Assembly (NCBI GenBank): GCA_045604705.1
Contig: JAZUOO010000043.1
Location: forward strand, 7,597 to 71,596
DNA: 64,000 bases
Direction of reading: 5' to 3'
From: Eubacteriales bacterium
Lineage (GTDB): Bacteria > Bacillota > Clostridia > Oscillospirales > CAG-382
A program made the translations under genes and the position numbers. This document shows positions 36,515 to 49,553 of the stretch, piece by piece; the first letter of the stretch is position 1; each line of letters opens with the position of its first letter. Below the pieces are notes generated by a model. That model had not been told where the DNA came from and searched no databases. It worked only from the letters and a program-made list of their open reading frames with translations.

Positions 36515-37897
36515 ATGGCAAAGGAAAAGATGTGGGCAGGCAGATTTTCAAAGTCGCTCTCTCAGGTTGCCGATGATTTTAATTCATCTATCCATTTCGA
36601 CTGTAAAATGTATAAACAGGATATAACCGGATCCATGGCTCACGCATATATGCTTGGGGAACAGGGGGTCATTTCAAAATCTGACAGCGAAGCAATTATT
36701 GAAACTCTCGGTGAGATACTTGATGACCTTAACAGCGGGAAAATCCAGTTTGATATGACTGCTGAAGATATTCATATGTTTATCGAAATGGAGCTCACCA
36801 AGAGAATAGGTGACATTGGAAAAAGGCTCCACACTGCAAGAAGCAGAAACGACCAGGTTGCTCTTGACATCCGTATGTATCTGCGTGATGAAACAAATGA
36901 AATTATCGACCTCATAAAGAAGCTTATCGGGGCGGTCGTAAAGATTGCAAAGGAAAACACCGATGCCATAATGCCGGGTTATACCCATCTTCAGCGTGCA
37001 CAGCCTATCGTTTTTGCACATCAGATCCTCGCATACGGCATGATGTTTGAAAGAGATATAACAAGACTCCAGGATGCTGTTAAGAGAATGAACAAATCTC
37101 CTCTCGGATCATGCGCACTTGCGGGAACAACATATGATACAAACAGGGAAATGGTTGCCGAAAAGCTCGGCTTTGACGGTATAACTCTCAACTCAATTGA
37201 CGGTGTATCCGATAGGGATTTCTGTATAGAACTTCAGGCAGCATATTCTACGCTCATGATGCATTTATCAAGGCTTTCCGAGGAAATCATTCTTTGGTCA
37301 AGCTGGGAGTTTAAATTCGTTGAATTGGATGACTCTTTTACAACGGGCTCAAGTATTATGCCTCAGAAAAAGAATTCCGACATGGCAGAGCTGGTAAGGG
37401 GAAAAACCGGCAGAGTATACGGAAATCTTCTTGCGACACTTACAATGCTCAAAGGTCTCCCGCTTGCCTACAACAAGGATATGCAGGAAGACAAGGAGCA
37501 GATATTCGACAGCGTTGATACGGTTAAAAAATGTCTTGAAGTATACATCCCAATGCTTGAAACAATGAACGTTCTCAAAGCCAATATGTATGAAGCGGCG
37601 CAAAAAGGTTTTATAAATGCAACAGACCTTGCCGATTACCTTGCAAAGAAGAACGTGCCTTTCAGAACAGCATACAAGATTGTAGGTAAAATTGTCGGTG
37701 AATGCATTGAGAGGGGAATTGTTCTTGATGAAATGCCGCTTGAGGATTACAAAAAGCACTGTACTGATTTTGAAGAGGATTTATTTAACGAAATTTCGCT
37801 TGAAACCTGCGTCTCTAAGAGAATATCAAAAGGCGGTACGGGACCAGATTCCGTAAGATCTCAGATAGAGTTTCTTGAAAAAGTATCTGATAAATAA
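36515..37897 (+). CDS. argH: argininosuccinate lyase
   Basis: GAAAGGAAG RBS precedes ATG 36515. MWAGRFS..., GYTHLQRAQP and GSSIMPQKKN (fumarate-lyase signature). Confidence 0.95.
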   Translation: MAKEKMWAGRFSKSLSQVADDFNSSIHFDCKMYKQDITGSMAHAYMLGEQGVISKSDSEAIIETLGEILDDLNSGKIQFDMTAEDIHMFIEMELTKRIGDIGKRLHTARSRNDQVALDIRMYLRDETNEIIDLIKKLIGAVVKIAKENTDAIMPGYTHLQRAQPIVFAHQILAYGMMFERDITRLQDAVKRMNKSPLGSCALAGTTYDTNREMVAEKLGFDGITLNSIDGVSDRDFCIELQAAYSTLMMHLSRLSEEIILWSSWEFKFVELDDSFTTGSSIMPQKKNSDMAELVRGKTGRVYGNLLATLTMLKGLPLAYNKDMQEDKEQIFDSVDTVKKCLEVYIPMLETMNVLKANMYEAAQKGFINATDLADYLAKKNVPFRTAYKIVGKIVGECIERGIVLDEMPLEDYKKHCTDFEEDLFNEISLETCVSKRISKGGTGPDSVRSQIEFLEKVSDK

Positions 37898-37904
37898 AAT
37901 TCAA

Positions 37905-37936
37905 AGTCCGAGGGAATAATCCTTCGGGCTTTTTGT
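37905..37936 (+). terminator. argH intrinsic terminator
   Basis: 11-bp stem AGTCCGAGGGA / TCCTTCGGGCT (two G-U), AUAA loop, TTTTGT. Confidence 0.75.
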
Positions 37937-38020
37937 ATGTAACGGTATAAATACGGTTTGAATATACTGTAGCGGTGGCTGATAATAATCAGAAATCAGT
38001 TTGTATTCCGGTGGTGTATT

Positions 38021-38245
38021 ATGGCATACAATATTATAATTTTCAGCTCCATTACCTATGCTCTGAAAGCACAGGGGATATTTGAAAAAAAAGGTATAAA
38101 ATCCAAGCTTGAAAAGCTGAAAAAGGAGCATTCCTTAAACGGATGCGGTTACGGATTAAAGGTACGAAATCAGGATGTAATAATAGCAAAAAATGCAGTG
38201 GAAGCGGAAGGTATCAGAATTATAAATATTTTTGATTACAAGTAG
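38021..38245 (+). CDS. DUF3343 small protein (putative S/Se carrier-like)
   Basis: 74 aa, GGTGGTG RBS. The pattern ..IIIFSSITYALKAQGIFEKKGI...GCGYGLKV... matches what I recall of DUF3343. It lies upstream of a class V aminotransferase, as is typical. Confidence 0.7.
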   Translation: MAYNIIIFSSITYALKAQGIFEKKGIKSKLEKLKKEHSLNGCGYGLKVRNQDVIIAKNAVEAEGIRIINIFDYK

Positions 38246-38282
38246 TTTTCTATGCCCGAGCGGCATATTACAAGAGGTCAAT

Positions 38283-39452
38283 ATGAACAATAATATAATT
38301 TATTTTGATAATGCCGCCACGGGTTATCCGAAACCTTACCGAGTAAAGAAAGCCGTGTATCACGCTTTTGATGAATATGGAGGAAATCCGGGCAGAAGCG
38401 GTCATATTTTGTCCACAGAAGCGTCAAAAGCGGTATACGGATGCAGGGAAGAAGTATGTGAACTCCTTAATTTTAACTATCCCGAGAGAGTGGTTTTTAC
38501 GTTGAATGCAACACACGCACTGAACATTGCGATAAAGGGACTTGCGGAAAAGGGAAGTCACATAATAATATCAAATCTTGAACACAACTCTGTATATCGT
38601 CCGGTCTATTCTCTCTGCTCAAAAGCTGAAAATGAAATGACATTCTCTATATTCGATGCAACGGGAAAAAGCGATGACAGCGTTTTAAGCAAATTCGAAT
38701 CTGCAATAAGAGACAATACTAAACTCGCCGTTATAACCGCAGCATCAAATATTTGCGGTAAGATTCTTCCGATTAGGAAGATTGCCGATGTGTGCAGAAA
38801 ACGAGATATTAAGCTCATAATTGATGCTTCGCAAGCGATAGGTGTAATTGATATTGACATTGATAATATAAAGCCTGACGTTTTATGCAGTGCCGGTCAC
38901 AAAGGTTTGTATGGACCGTCCGGTACGGGATTTGCTGTTTTTTCTCCTGATATATCTCCCGAAACAATAATTCAAGGCGGAAACGGAATTGTATCCGAGC
39001 TTCCCGATATGGGAAATATATTACCTGAAATGCTTGAAGCCGGAACTGTCAATACTGTCGGTATATGCGGACTTAAAGATGGAATAAGATTTATTCGTGA
39101 AACAGGAATTCAAAACATAGAAGCAAACTGTCTGGAAATTGACAGATATATATCCGAAAATCTGGCAGGTATCGGTGCACAGGTATATAGTAATTTCATC
39201 AATAAGACACCGATAACGCTATTCAATATACCCGGTATAACTGCAGAAAAAGTGACGGAGCTTCTTGACGAAAAAAGAATTTGTACAAGGGGAGGCATCC
39301 ACTGTTCACCTCTAGCTCATAAGGCACTTTTTACAGGTCCGTACGGTGCTGTGCGAGCAAGTTATGGCTATGCCAATACAATGCAGGAAGCTAAGAAATT
39401 CGTCTCGGTAATATATGATATATACAAAAATTTGGATTATGATTTGCACTGA
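38283..39452 (+). CDS. class V aminotransferase (cysteine desulfurase / selenocysteine lyase-like)
   Basis: AGAGGT RBS precedes ATG 38283. IYFDNAATGYPKP, DASQAIG, SAGHKGLYGP (PLP-Lys region) and C-terminal RGGIHCSPLAH. Confidence 0.88.
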   Translation: MNNNIIYFDNAATGYPKPYRVKKAVYHAFDEYGGNPGRSGHILSTEASKAVYGCREEVCELLNFNYPERVVFTLNATHALNIAIKGLAEKGSHIIISNLEHNSVYRPVYSLCSKAENEMTFSIFDATGKSDDSVLSKFESAIRDNTKLAVITAASNICGKILPIRKIADVCRKRDIKLIIDASQAIGVIDIDIDNIKPDVLCSAGHKGLYGPSGTGFAVFSPDISPETIIQGGNGIVSELPDMGNILPEMLEAGTVNTVGICGLKDGIRFIRETGIQNIEANCLEIDRYISENLAGIGAQVYSNFINKTPITLFNIPGITAEKVTELLDEKRICTRGGIHCSPLAHKALFTGPYGAVRASYGYANTMQEAKKFVSVIYDIYKNLDYDLH

Positions 39453-39497
39453 ATAAATTTCCGATTTTGGGCAAGAATACAAATCGGAGGTGTGAAT

Positions 39498-40418
39498 ATG
39501 AAAGGATTTGACAAAAATAAACTAAAAAAGCAGATCGTAAGCGGGGGCATATACATAGCCCTTGCCGCAGCCGTTGTGACAGTCACACTTAACGGTGTGA
39601 ATAACATTATCGGAAGCAGTGAGGACTATGAGATACCGGAAGTGAATCTGGAGCTTCCCGAAGTTAATATTATTGATAAAATTGATAATCTGCCAGAGTT
39701 GAATACCAATTTAGGCATTGCCGATAATGAATCTGAATCTTTCAATAAAAAAGAGCAGACAAAGCAGGAGCTTGATGCTTACGAAAAGCAAGAGGAAATT
39801 AAAGGTACTAACGATAGTACCGGTACTCCTCAGAACGAAGAAAAGGCACATTCGTCAGGATCTTCTGCGTCGGGAATAACATCCGATGTAGTACCATATA
39901 ATACCAACGAAATTTCTGTAACCGATAATGACAATGTATCTGTCAGTGGAGAGCCTGATGATATAGAATATCCGACAGAGCCTGAACCAATATCTTACGA
40001 GAACTACGCAAAGCCAGCAGAGGGATATATTGACAAAGAGTATTCGGATAATGACTTGATATATTCCGTTACAATGGGAGATTACAGAACCCATAACGGC
40101 ATTGATATAACAGGAGATCCCGGCAGTGCTGTAAGAGCTATCAATGCTGGAGTAATACAGGATATATACTTTGATGATTTTTATGGCTATACCGTCAAGA
40201 TAGATCATGGTGAAAATATTGTTGCATATTATATGAATCTATCCGAAGCACTTCCTGCCGGAATAGCGGTTGGGAGCAAAGTAAAACACGGTCAGACCAT
40301 TGGCGGAATAGGTAAAACTGCGACCATAGAAAGTGCTGAAGTATCACATCTTCACTTATCCATTACGGTAAATGGCAAATATGTAGATCCTCGCGAAATC
40401 CTCAGAGGAAACTACTGA
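39498..40418 (+). CDS. membrane-anchored M23 (LytM) metallopeptidase; SpoIIQ-like architecture
   Basis: GGAGG RBS 7 nt upstream of ATG 39498. N-terminal TM, acidic linker, LytM core HNGIDI...D...HLHLSI with catalytic His/Asp intact. Confidence 0.85.
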   Translation: MKGFDKNKLKKQIVSGGIYIALAAAVVTVTLNGVNNIIGSSEDYEIPEVNLELPEVNIIDKIDNLPELNTNLGIADNESESFNKKEQTKQELDAYEKQEEIKGTNDSTGTPQNEEKAHSSGSSASGITSDVVPYNTNEISVTDNDNVSVSGEPDDIEYPTEPEPISYENYAKPAEGYIDKEYSDNDLIYSVTMGDYRTHNGIDITGDPGSAVRAINAGVIQDIYFDDFYGYTVKIDHGENIVAYYMNLSEALPAGIAVGSKVKHGQTIGGIGKTATIESAEVSHLHLSITVNGKYVDPREILRGNY

Positions 40419-40451
40419 TTAAATTTCCGTATAAATATTAAAAATAAGTCA

Positions 40452-40478
40452 AAGGGAGGCAATTTGAAAGCCTCCCTT
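40452..40478. terminator. bidirectional terminator between the M23 peptidase gene and ligA
   Basis: AAGGGAGGC-9 nt-GCCTCCCTT between convergent genes. Confidence 0.75.
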
Positions 40479-40489
40479 GTTGCTGTCGT

Positions 40490-42562
<2,073 letters not shown>

Positions 42563-42644
42563 TCAACCTTGCGGGAAAATATATTGATATATTAATATTT
42601 TTATGGTAAAATCAAAATATAAATCAGAAATGCAGGTAAGTGAA

Positions 42645-43472
42645 ATGAAAAGACAACTACTGTGTCCTAAATGCAAAACAGAGCTTTTAGAGGAAAACAA
42701 GAACCTTAAATGCTGTAACGGACACACCTACGATATAGCAAAGCAAGGATATGTAAATCTCGTCCTCGGAAGCTCGAAACCTGGCGGTGACGATAAAGAA
42801 ATGTGTAAATCAAGGCATGAGTTCCATAATTGTGACTATTATAAATGTCTTTCGGAAAGGCTTGCTTCAATTTGTATTCAAAATAAATATAAAAACATAC
42901 TTGATGCCGGCTGCGGAGAGGGCTATTACCTTAGAAAAATCCGAGATAAATATATAGGTAACAATATTCAATTTGATTCGCTTTGCGGAATAGACCTTGC
43001 AAAGGAAGCTGTATCAATTGCCGCAAGGCTTGAAAAGAATATAGCGGAACATTTAAAAATACAATATGCCGTTGCCGGAATTTTCGATATGCCGATAGCC
43101 GATGAAAGTATAGACTGTCTTTTGTCCGTGTTCGCTCCGGTGCCGGACAAAGAAGCGCACAGAGTGCTTAAAGATAGCGGAACAATGATAGTTGTATCTC
43201 CTGGTGAAAAGCACCTTGTCGGGCTTAAAAAAGCCGTATATGACAATATATACGATAATACCGTTGCCGAAAAAGATTATCTGGGATTTCAATTGATCGA
43301 ACGTGAATTTGTAAGTGATACCATTACGGTAGAAGGGGAGAACATAATTAACCTCTTTCATATGACACCCTATTTTTGGAAAACCTCGGAAAAAGACTCG
43401 GATAAACTTAAAGCTCTAAGTGACCTTACAACCAAAATAGAATTTATAATTACTTTTTACAAAAAAGTCTAA
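42645..43472 (+). CDS. rlmA: 23S rRNA (guanine-N1)-methyltransferase, RlmA family
   Basis: Zn-ribbon LLCPKCKTEL...CCNGHTYDIAKQGYVNL and SAM motif LDAGCGEGYY. Start uncertain (42603, 42630 or 42645). Confidence 0.8.
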   Translation: MKRQLLCPKCKTELLEENKNLKCCNGHTYDIAKQGYVNLVLGSSKPGGDDKEMCKSRHEFHNCDYYKCLSERLASICIQNKYKNILDAGCGEGYYLRKIRDKYIGNNIQFDSLCGIDLAKEAVSIAARLEKNIAEHLKIQYAVAGIFDMPIADESIDCLLSVFAPVPDKEAHRVLKDSGTMIVVSPGEKHLVGLKKAVYDNIYDNTVAEKDYLGFQLIEREFVSDTITVEGENIINLFHMTPYFWKTSEKDSDKLKALSDLTTKIEFIITFYKKV

Positions 43473-43560
43473 AAATATTGGAACTTTTTGGATGTTTTAT
43501 ACGTCTAAAGGACAAATACAAAAAACATCGCATAATATAAATGCATGAAAGGAGTTCATT

Positions 43561-46005
43561 ATGAAAAAATTACTGTCTGCGTTTATGGCAATGATGATGC
43601 TTGCATCTGCTGTATCTTTTGCCGCATTTGCTCAAACAAACGAACCCACAACCGAGGAACTTGAAGCGATTATCAAAATTGTAAAACCAAAGCTCGATGT
43701 TCCCGAAGAATGTTCGGAATTCACATGGAGATTTACCGCCAAAAGTGCCTATAACGACGCAAGTTGGAGACTCACATGGGAAACCAAAGATGATGCCGAA
43801 AAGATGCTTCGTGTTCAGGTAAACTGCGATACCGACGGAAATATTACAAGCTTCACTTCCCGTGACTATAACAAACAGTATGGTCAGTTACCCGATTATT
43901 CACTCTCCGAGCTTGAGAAAATTGCAAATGCATTTATTAAAAAGGCTGTTCCCGAGGCAGCAGAGAATGTAAAGCTATATAATGCATACGGTTCGGGTAT
44001 TTATGCCGGTCAGTATAACTACAACTACATAAGAAACATTGACGGCTATCTTTTCCCTGACAATTATGTTACAGTTTCCGTTGACTACAATTCCGGAAAA
44101 GTCGTGCAGATGAATGTCGACTATGATTATGCCATTGATATAGCAAGGCATGATACAATAATTTCTCCGGAAAAGGCTGAGGAAATTCTCGGTACCCGTC
44201 AGAAGATGGAGCTTACGTATCTTACCAAGACCGTGACCGACGAGAACACAAAAGAAAGAACAATAAAGGCTTTCCTTGTATACCAGCCTTTGACATCCTA
44301 TCTTGCAGTAGATGCAGGTACAGGAGAAATATATGATACAAAATCATCCTGGACCGTAAATGATTCCTTTGCCACAGGCGGAGCTGTGCTCGAAAACGGT
44401 GTAATGATGGATAAATCCGAAAGCGAATCTGTAGATGAGGAATACAAGCTTACAGATGAAGAGCTTGCAGGCATAAAGGAGCTTGAGGGACTTATCTCCA
44501 AGGAAGAAGCGATAAAGGCTGTAACAGAGAATGAATACCTCTATATTAATCCCGCACTTACAGCTGTTTCCGCAAATCTCAGCAAGAATTATTCTTTTGA
44601 AAAGACAAGCACCTATCAAAATGATAACGGCAGCTACATCTGGTATATTAATTTCTCAAATCCCGTCATTGAGGATAAATACTACGGCTACGCATATGCC
44701 GATGCATCCGTAAATGCACAAACAGGTGAAATCATATCCTATAACTGCAACCTCAACGATTACTACTATTATTCCGAAAACAAGCTTGATATTCCGGACA
44801 TAAAGTATGATGCCGATGCATCCAAAAAAATCGCAGAGGAATTTCTCGGAAAGTATGCCTCAGAAAAATTTGAAAATACGGTTGCGGGTAACTATCATTC
44901 TTCCAATGTAATCAAGAAGATTCAGCAGGATGATGTCAATACTCAAAATATATACGGTGCACATAATTTCGGCTACACAAGAGTCAACGAGGGAATTAAA
45001 TTTTCCAGAAACTATATCAACGTGGGTGTTGACGGCGTAACCGGTAAAATTTATAACTATAACAGAACCTGGTGGACGAACGTCGAATTTGAATCCCCAA
45101 AGGGTGCAATTACACCCGAACAGGCTCTCTCATATCTTATCTCCAACGAGGGCTACGGCGTAATATACGAGAGAAACGTAACACATATCTACACTCCCGT
45201 AACCGAAAGCTCCAAGAAGGATATTTGTGTTGCCTATGTTGCTTCACTTCTCGCAACAATGGAAAACGGCGGAGATATTGATGTTGTTACAGACAAGTAC
45301 GCAAAGAACATCGACAGAGAAAAGCTGGAAGTTGTTCTGAAATCCGGAGATGAGGAAGCAATTCTCGAGTTTGTATGCGGTTACTACGGTGTTACGGTTG
45401 AAGAAGTCGAAAAGACCGCAAACGAATATGTGGATACAAGTCTTTTCTATGACAAGCAGGCAAGTGCAAGATTGGTATATACCTGCTATGACCTCGGAAG
45501 TACTTATGTTTCTCCCTTTACAGGTAAGCTCATCACTTCAAGCGGCGAGGAATATAAGCCTGTTGTTAATACATATTCATATATTGACCTTGATGGACAC
45601 TGGATTGAAAAGGATGCGCTGCTTCTTGCCGATATAGGCATAGGCTTTGAGGACGGAAATTTCTCTCCCGACAAACCCATAACCGCTAAAGAATTTATTT
45701 CCCTGGCAGAAGGTATGAGTTTTTATACCTCCGAGGTGGGAAGCGATAAATTTGTAACACGAATAGAAGCGATAAAGTCTATAATCAATGCACTCGGTTA
45801 TGAAAAAATTGCGAATCTCAAAGGAATATATAAGACCGATTTTGCCGATAACGGAGAAATCAAGGAAGAAGATCTTGGTTATATTTCAATCGCATTCGGA
45901 TTCGGAATAGTTAAAGGTGACGGAACAAACGTCAATGCATATTCCTATCTCACAAGAGCACAGGCTGTAAGACTGCTTATAAATGCTGTAAAAACAGCAA
46001 GATAA
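43561..46005 (+). CDS. large secreted surface protein with C-terminal SLH domains
   Basis: Signal peptide MKKLLSAFMAMMMLASAVSFAAFA. The last ~170 aa contain three SLH-like units (DLDGHWIEKDALLLADIGI..GNFSPDKPITAKEF; FVTRIEAIKSIINALGY; ..ISIAFGFGIVKGDGT..YLTRAQAVRLLINAV). Confidence 0.85.
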   Translation: MKKLLSAFMAMMMLASAVSFAAFAQTNEPTTEELEAIIKIVKPKLDVPEECSEFTWRFTAKSAYNDASWRLTWETKDDAEKMLRVQVNCDTDGNITSFTSRDYNKQYGQLPDYSLSELEKIANAFIKKAVPEAAENVKLYNAYGSGIYAGQYNYNYIRNIDGYLFPDNYVTVSVDYNSGKVVQMNVDYDYAIDIARHDTIISPEKAEEILGTRQKMELTYLTKTVTDENTKERTIKAFLVYQPLTSYLAVDAGTGEIYDTKSSWTVNDSFATGGAVLENGVMMDKSESESVDEEYKLTDEELAGIKELEGLISKEEAIKAVTENEYLYINPALTAVSANLSKNYSFEKTSTYQNDNGSYIWYINFSNPVIEDKYYGYAYADASVNAQTGEIISYNCNLNDYYYYSENKLDIPDIKYDADASKKIAEEFLGKYASEKFENTVAGNYHSSNVIKKIQQDDVNTQNIYGAHNFGYTRVNEGIKFSRNYINVGVDGVTGKIYNYNRTWWTNVEFESPKGAITPEQALSYLISNEGYGVIYERNVTHIYTPVTESSKKDICVAYVASLLATMENGGDIDVVTDKYAKNIDREKLEVVLKSGDEEAILEFVCGYYGVTVEEVEKTANEYVDTSLFYDKQASARLVYTCYDLGSTYVSPFTGKLITSSGEEYKPVVNTYSYIDLDGHWIEKDALLLADIGIGFEDGNFSPDKPITAKEFISLAEGMSFYTSEVGSDKFVTRIEAIKSIINALGYEKIANLKGIYKTDFADNGEIKEEDLGYISIAFGFGIVKGDGTNVNAYSYLTRAQAVRLLINAVKTAR

Positions 46006-46020
46006 AATATTATTGTCAAG

Positions 46021-46044
46021 ACCCGGATTTTTCCGGGTTTTTTG
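46021..46044 (+). terminator. intrinsic terminator of the SLH protein gene
   Basis: ACCCGGA-TTTT-TCCGGGT followed by TTTTTTG. Confidence 0.8.
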
Positions 46045-46230
46045 TATACAGTGAATTATCAATAGTCAGATGGTTAAAACAGCTTTAGCTATGCGAGTAA
46101 AAACTCATTTGATGTATAATAAAGGTGGTCTGAAATGCCCCAAGGGTCTTAGTTAATTCAACGCAGATAAATAAAGAATAAATCGAAATGAGGATTGTTT
46201 CTGTAAATTGTAAACTATTTATATAACCTC

Positions 46231-46259
46231 TTGATAAACATAAAAAAATTTGTTATAAT
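46231..46259 (+). promoter_or_regulatory. sigma-A promoter of lepA
   Basis: TTGATA - 17 nt - TATAAT with TGT extended -10. Confidence 0.6.
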
Positions 46260-46300
46260 AACTAAGTATATCCGAAATTCAATGAAAAGGAAAAACATAA

Positions 46301-48112
46301 ATGGCAAAAAAGAAAATAGACAATATCAGAAATTTCTCAATAATAGCCCACATAGACCATGGAAAATCCACACTTGCAGACAGAATTCTTGAAAAAACGC
46401 AGACAGTCTCCACAAGAGAAATGGAAGAACAGCTGCTTGATGATATGGATCTTGAGCGTGAAAGAGGAATTACAATCAAAGCAAGGGCAGTAAGACTCAA
46501 GCACACAAAGAATGGGCAGGAATACTATTTCAATCTCATCGACACACCCGGACACGTCGACTTTAATTACGAAGTTTCCCGTTCACTAAAGGCGTGTGAT
46601 GGCGCTCTTCTTGTTGTTGACGCAACCCAGGGCATAGAAGCTCAAACTCTCGCAAATGCATACCTTGCCGTAGAAAATGACCTCGAGGTAGTTCCGGTTA
46701 TCAATAAAATTGATCTTCCTTCTGCAGATGTAGCAAAAGTTAGAAACGAAATAGAGGACATTATCGGTATCCCCGCACAGGAGTGTCCTGCAATCTCTGC
46801 AAAGACAGGTCTTAACATTGAGGATGTTCTTGACAGTATCGTAAGCGACATTCCTGCACCTGAGGGTGACCTTGATGCACCTCTTAAAGCTCTTATTTTT
46901 GATTCCTATTACGATTCCTACAGAGGTGTTGTTGTATACGTCAGGGTCTTTGACGGAAAAGTAAAGCAGGGCGATGTAATAAAACTCATGTCCAACGGCA
47001 TAACATATGAAGTGAACGAAGTTGGTCATATGAGTGCATTCGGGCTTGAAAAGGACAAGGTACTGTCAGCAGGAGAAGTTGGATATATCACGGCTTCGAT
47101 TAAGACCGTTTCCGATACAAGAGTCGGTGATACTGTAACACTCGCGGATAACCCTGCAGAAGAAGCATTCCCCGGCTTTAAGGAAGCGCTTCCTGTTGTA
47201 TTCAGCGGCATCTATCCCGCAGACGGTGCAAGATACGGCGATCTCCGTGATGCCCTTGAAAAGCTCGCACTCAATGATGCGGCACTTACATTCGAGCCTG
47301 AAACATCAATAGCTCTCGGCTTTGGCTTCAGATGTGGCTTCCTCGGACTTCTGCATATGGAAGTAATCGAAGAACGACTTGAACGTGAATTTAATCTCGA
47401 CCTTATCACAACAGCCCCCAGCGTTATCTATGAGGTTACAAGACACGACGGAAGCGTATACCGAATTGACAACCCCGTAAACTTTCCACAGGGGGATTCT
47501 GTAGATCACGTAAGCGAGCCTATAGTTCATGCAAGTATCATCACACCTACCGAATATGTCGGTGCAATAATGGAACTCTGCCAGGACAGACGTGGCACAT
47601 ACATTGACATGAAGTATGTCGATTCCGCAAGAGCAGAACTCCACTATACACTTCCGCTTAATGAAATAGTATACGACTTTTTTGATGCTTTGAAATCCAA
47701 GAGCCGCGGTTATGCATCCCTTGACTATGAACTAGCCGGCTACGAACCCTCAAAGCTCGTAAAGCTCGACATTCTTCTGAACGGCGAAATCGTGGACGCA
47801 CTTTCCTTTATAGTGCATACCGATAAAGCATACGGCAGAGCAAGAAAGATAGCCGAAAAGCTCAAGGACAACATTCCAAGACAGCTTTTTGAGATTCCCG
47901 TGCAGGCGGCAGTCGGTGGTAAGGTAATTGCAAGAGAGACCGTCAGAGCTCTGCGTAAGGACGTCCTTGCCAAGTGCTACGGCGGAGACATCACAAGAAA
48001 GAAGAAGCTACTTGAAAAGCAGAAAGAGGGTAAAAAGCGTATGCGTTCTCTCGGATCTGTTGAAGTACCGCAGGAAGCTTTTATGGCAGTACTCAAATTT
48101 GATGAAGACTGA
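46301..48112 (+). CDS. lepA: translation elongation factor 4 (LepA)
   Basis: [28 protein letters not shown] and NKIDLP GTPase motifs plus the LepA-specific C-terminus. Confidence 0.97.
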   Translation: MAKKKIDNIRNFSIIAHIDHGKSTLADRILEKTQTVSTREMEEQLLDDMDLERERGITIKARAVRLKHTKNGQEYYFNLIDTPGHVDFNYEVSRSLKACDGALLVVDATQGIEAQTLANAYLAVENDLEVVPVINKIDLPSADVAKVRNEIEDIIGIPAQECPAISAKTGLNIEDVLDSIVSDIPAPEGDLDAPLKALIFDSYYDSYRGVVVYVRVFDGKVKQGDVIKLMSNGITYEVNEVGHMSAFGLEKDKVLSAGEVGYITASIKTVSDTRVGDTVTLADNPAEEAFPGFKEALPVVFSGIYPADGARYGDLRDALEKLALNDAALTFEPETSIALGFGFRCGFLGLLHMEVIEERLEREFNLDLITTAPSVIYEVTRHDGSVYRIDNPVNFPQGDSVDHVSEPIVHASIITPTEYVGAIMELCQDRRGTYIDMKYVDSARAELHYTLPLNEIVYDFFDALKSKSRGYASLDYELAGYEPSKLVKLDILLNGEIVDALSFIVHTDKAYGRARKIAEKLKDNIPRQLFEIPVQAAVGGKVIARETVRALRKDVLAKCYGGDITRKKKLLEKQKEGKKRMRSLGSVEVPQEAFMAVLKFDED

Positions 48113-48195
48113 TTGCCTTATTATTTCGTTTAAGCGAGCATTTTGCACTTTGCAATATGCATTTCAAAAACGAAGTTTTTGAGAAAGGACAATTT

Positions 48196-49386
48196 ATGCC
48201 AAAAAAATACAGCGAAAAAAAACTCGGTTTGTATATCCACATTCCATTTTGCGTGAAAAAGTGTCTGTATTGTGATTTCTATTCCATTCCTGCCGCAAAT
48301 GAGCAGCTGAAAAGTCTTTACCTTGAAGCACTCATGTTGCATTTTGAAGAACACAGTCTTCAGCTTGCACCCTATGTTATAGATTCCGTATATTTCGGCG
48401 GCGGTACACCGTCTCTCCTTTCCGCAGAGCAGATGAATATGATTCTCAAAAAACTAAGGAAAAATTTTTACATCTCCGATAAGTGCGAGATAACTATTGA
48501 AGTCAATCCGGGAACCATTGATAAAGCAAAGTTATCCTCATTCAAAAAAAGCGGTATAAACAGATTGAGCATCGGTTGCCAGAGCTTTGCGGACAGCGAC
48601 CTTAAGGTGTGCGGAAGAATCCACAATACAAGAGACAACATAAAAGCAATTACGGATGCTGTCGCAGCGGGCTTTAAAAATATAAACGTTGATATAATGT
48701 ACGGACTTCCCAACCAACCGCTTCAGAACATACTTGTCAGTATAGAAAGAGCCATAAAACTCGGAGCAACGCATATATCCCTTTACGGATTGAAGGTTGA
48801 GGAGGGGACACCATTTTATGCAATGCAGACCCAGCGCAAGCTCATACTTCCCGACGAGGACACGGAAAGCGATATGTATTTCGTTGCCTGCAATCTTCTT
48901 CGCAACAGCGGTTTCCGTCACTATGAAATCTCAAACTTTGCAAAGCCCGGCTACGAAAGCATACATAACCTGAAATATTGGAATTGCGATGAATACGTGG
49001 GCTTTGGTCCGTCAGCTCATTCATTTTTCTCAGGCAAAAGATTCTACTACAAAAACAGCACATCCCTCTACATCAAAAACTTCACTGAAAACTACGAAGG
49101 TCAGGGAATAGTGGACAAATGCATTGACGTACAATTCGGTACACAGATGGCAGAATACGTTATGCTCAGAATGCGTCTTGGTGAGGGTATCAACTGCGAA
49201 GAATTCAGAAAACGCTTCGGCAGAACCTTTGAGTCCATGTATCTCGGTAAAATGGCTCCGTTCCTGCGTTCCGGACACATAATCAAAACCTCAGACGGTT
49301 ACGCATTTACTGAACAGGGTATGTATGTTTCAAACTATATCCTGTCACGTATGATTGACTTCGATATAGTTATACCGGGAGTATGA
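48196..49386 (+). CDS. hemW: radical SAM heme chaperone HemW (HemN-like, oxygen-independent coproporphyrinogen oxidase family)
   Basis: GAAAGGA RBS precedes ATG 48196. LYIHIPFCVKKCLYCDF (CxxxCxxC), GGGTPS and HemN_C-type tail. The classical lepA-hemW synteny is present. Confidence 0.9.
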   Translation: MPKKYSEKKLGLYIHIPFCVKKCLYCDFYSIPAANEQLKSLYLEALMLHFEEHSLQLAPYVIDSVYFGGGTPSLLSAEQMNMILKKLRKNFYISDKCEITIEVNPGTIDKAKLSSFKKSGINRLSIGCQSFADSDLKVCGRIHNTRDNIKAITDAVAAGFKNINVDIMYGLPNQPLQNILVSIERAIKLGATHISLYGLKVEEGTPFYAMQTQRKLILPDEDTESDMYFVACNLLRNSGFRHYEISNFAKPGYESIHNLKYWNCDEYVGFGPSAHSFFSGKRFYYKNSTSLYIKNFTENYEGQGIVDKCIDVQFGTQMAEYVMLRMRLGEGINCEEFRKRFGRTFESMYLGKMAPFLRSGHIIKTSDGYAFTEQGMYVSNYILSRMIDFDIVIPGV

Positions 49387-49420
49387 TTGTTTCGGGAAAT
49401 ACAGAATTTAAAATTTATTA

Positions 49421-49457
49421 TCCCATGCAGAATTTCGTATTCTGTGTGGGATTTTTT
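49421..49457 (+). terminator. hemW intrinsic terminator
   Basis: 13-bp stem TCCCATGCAGAAT / ATTCTGTGTGGGA (two G-U), 5-nt loop, T6. Confidence 0.8.
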
Positions 49458-49553
49458 GAAGGCTCACCCAAAAGTCAGCCTGTTTTTTGTTCACATCCCA
49501 CTCTTTTCTGCATATTCTATAATAAAATCACATTTAAGAAAAGAGACAATAAT

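Noticed and set aside
46135-46152. Five-codon mini-ORF (MPQGS) with an AAAGGTGG RBS and an upstream TATAAT between the SLH gene terminator and the lepA promoter
   Set aside because: It is too short and isolated to support a leader-peptide claim. No downstream attenuator structure links it to lepA, so it is likely a chance occurrence in AT-rich spacer.
49387-49553. Possible SAM (S-box) or T-box riboswitch upstream of the Cys/Met PLP enzyme gene
   Set aside because: None of the conserved S-box or T-box core sequences is visible. The only strong structure is the hemW terminator (49421-49457).
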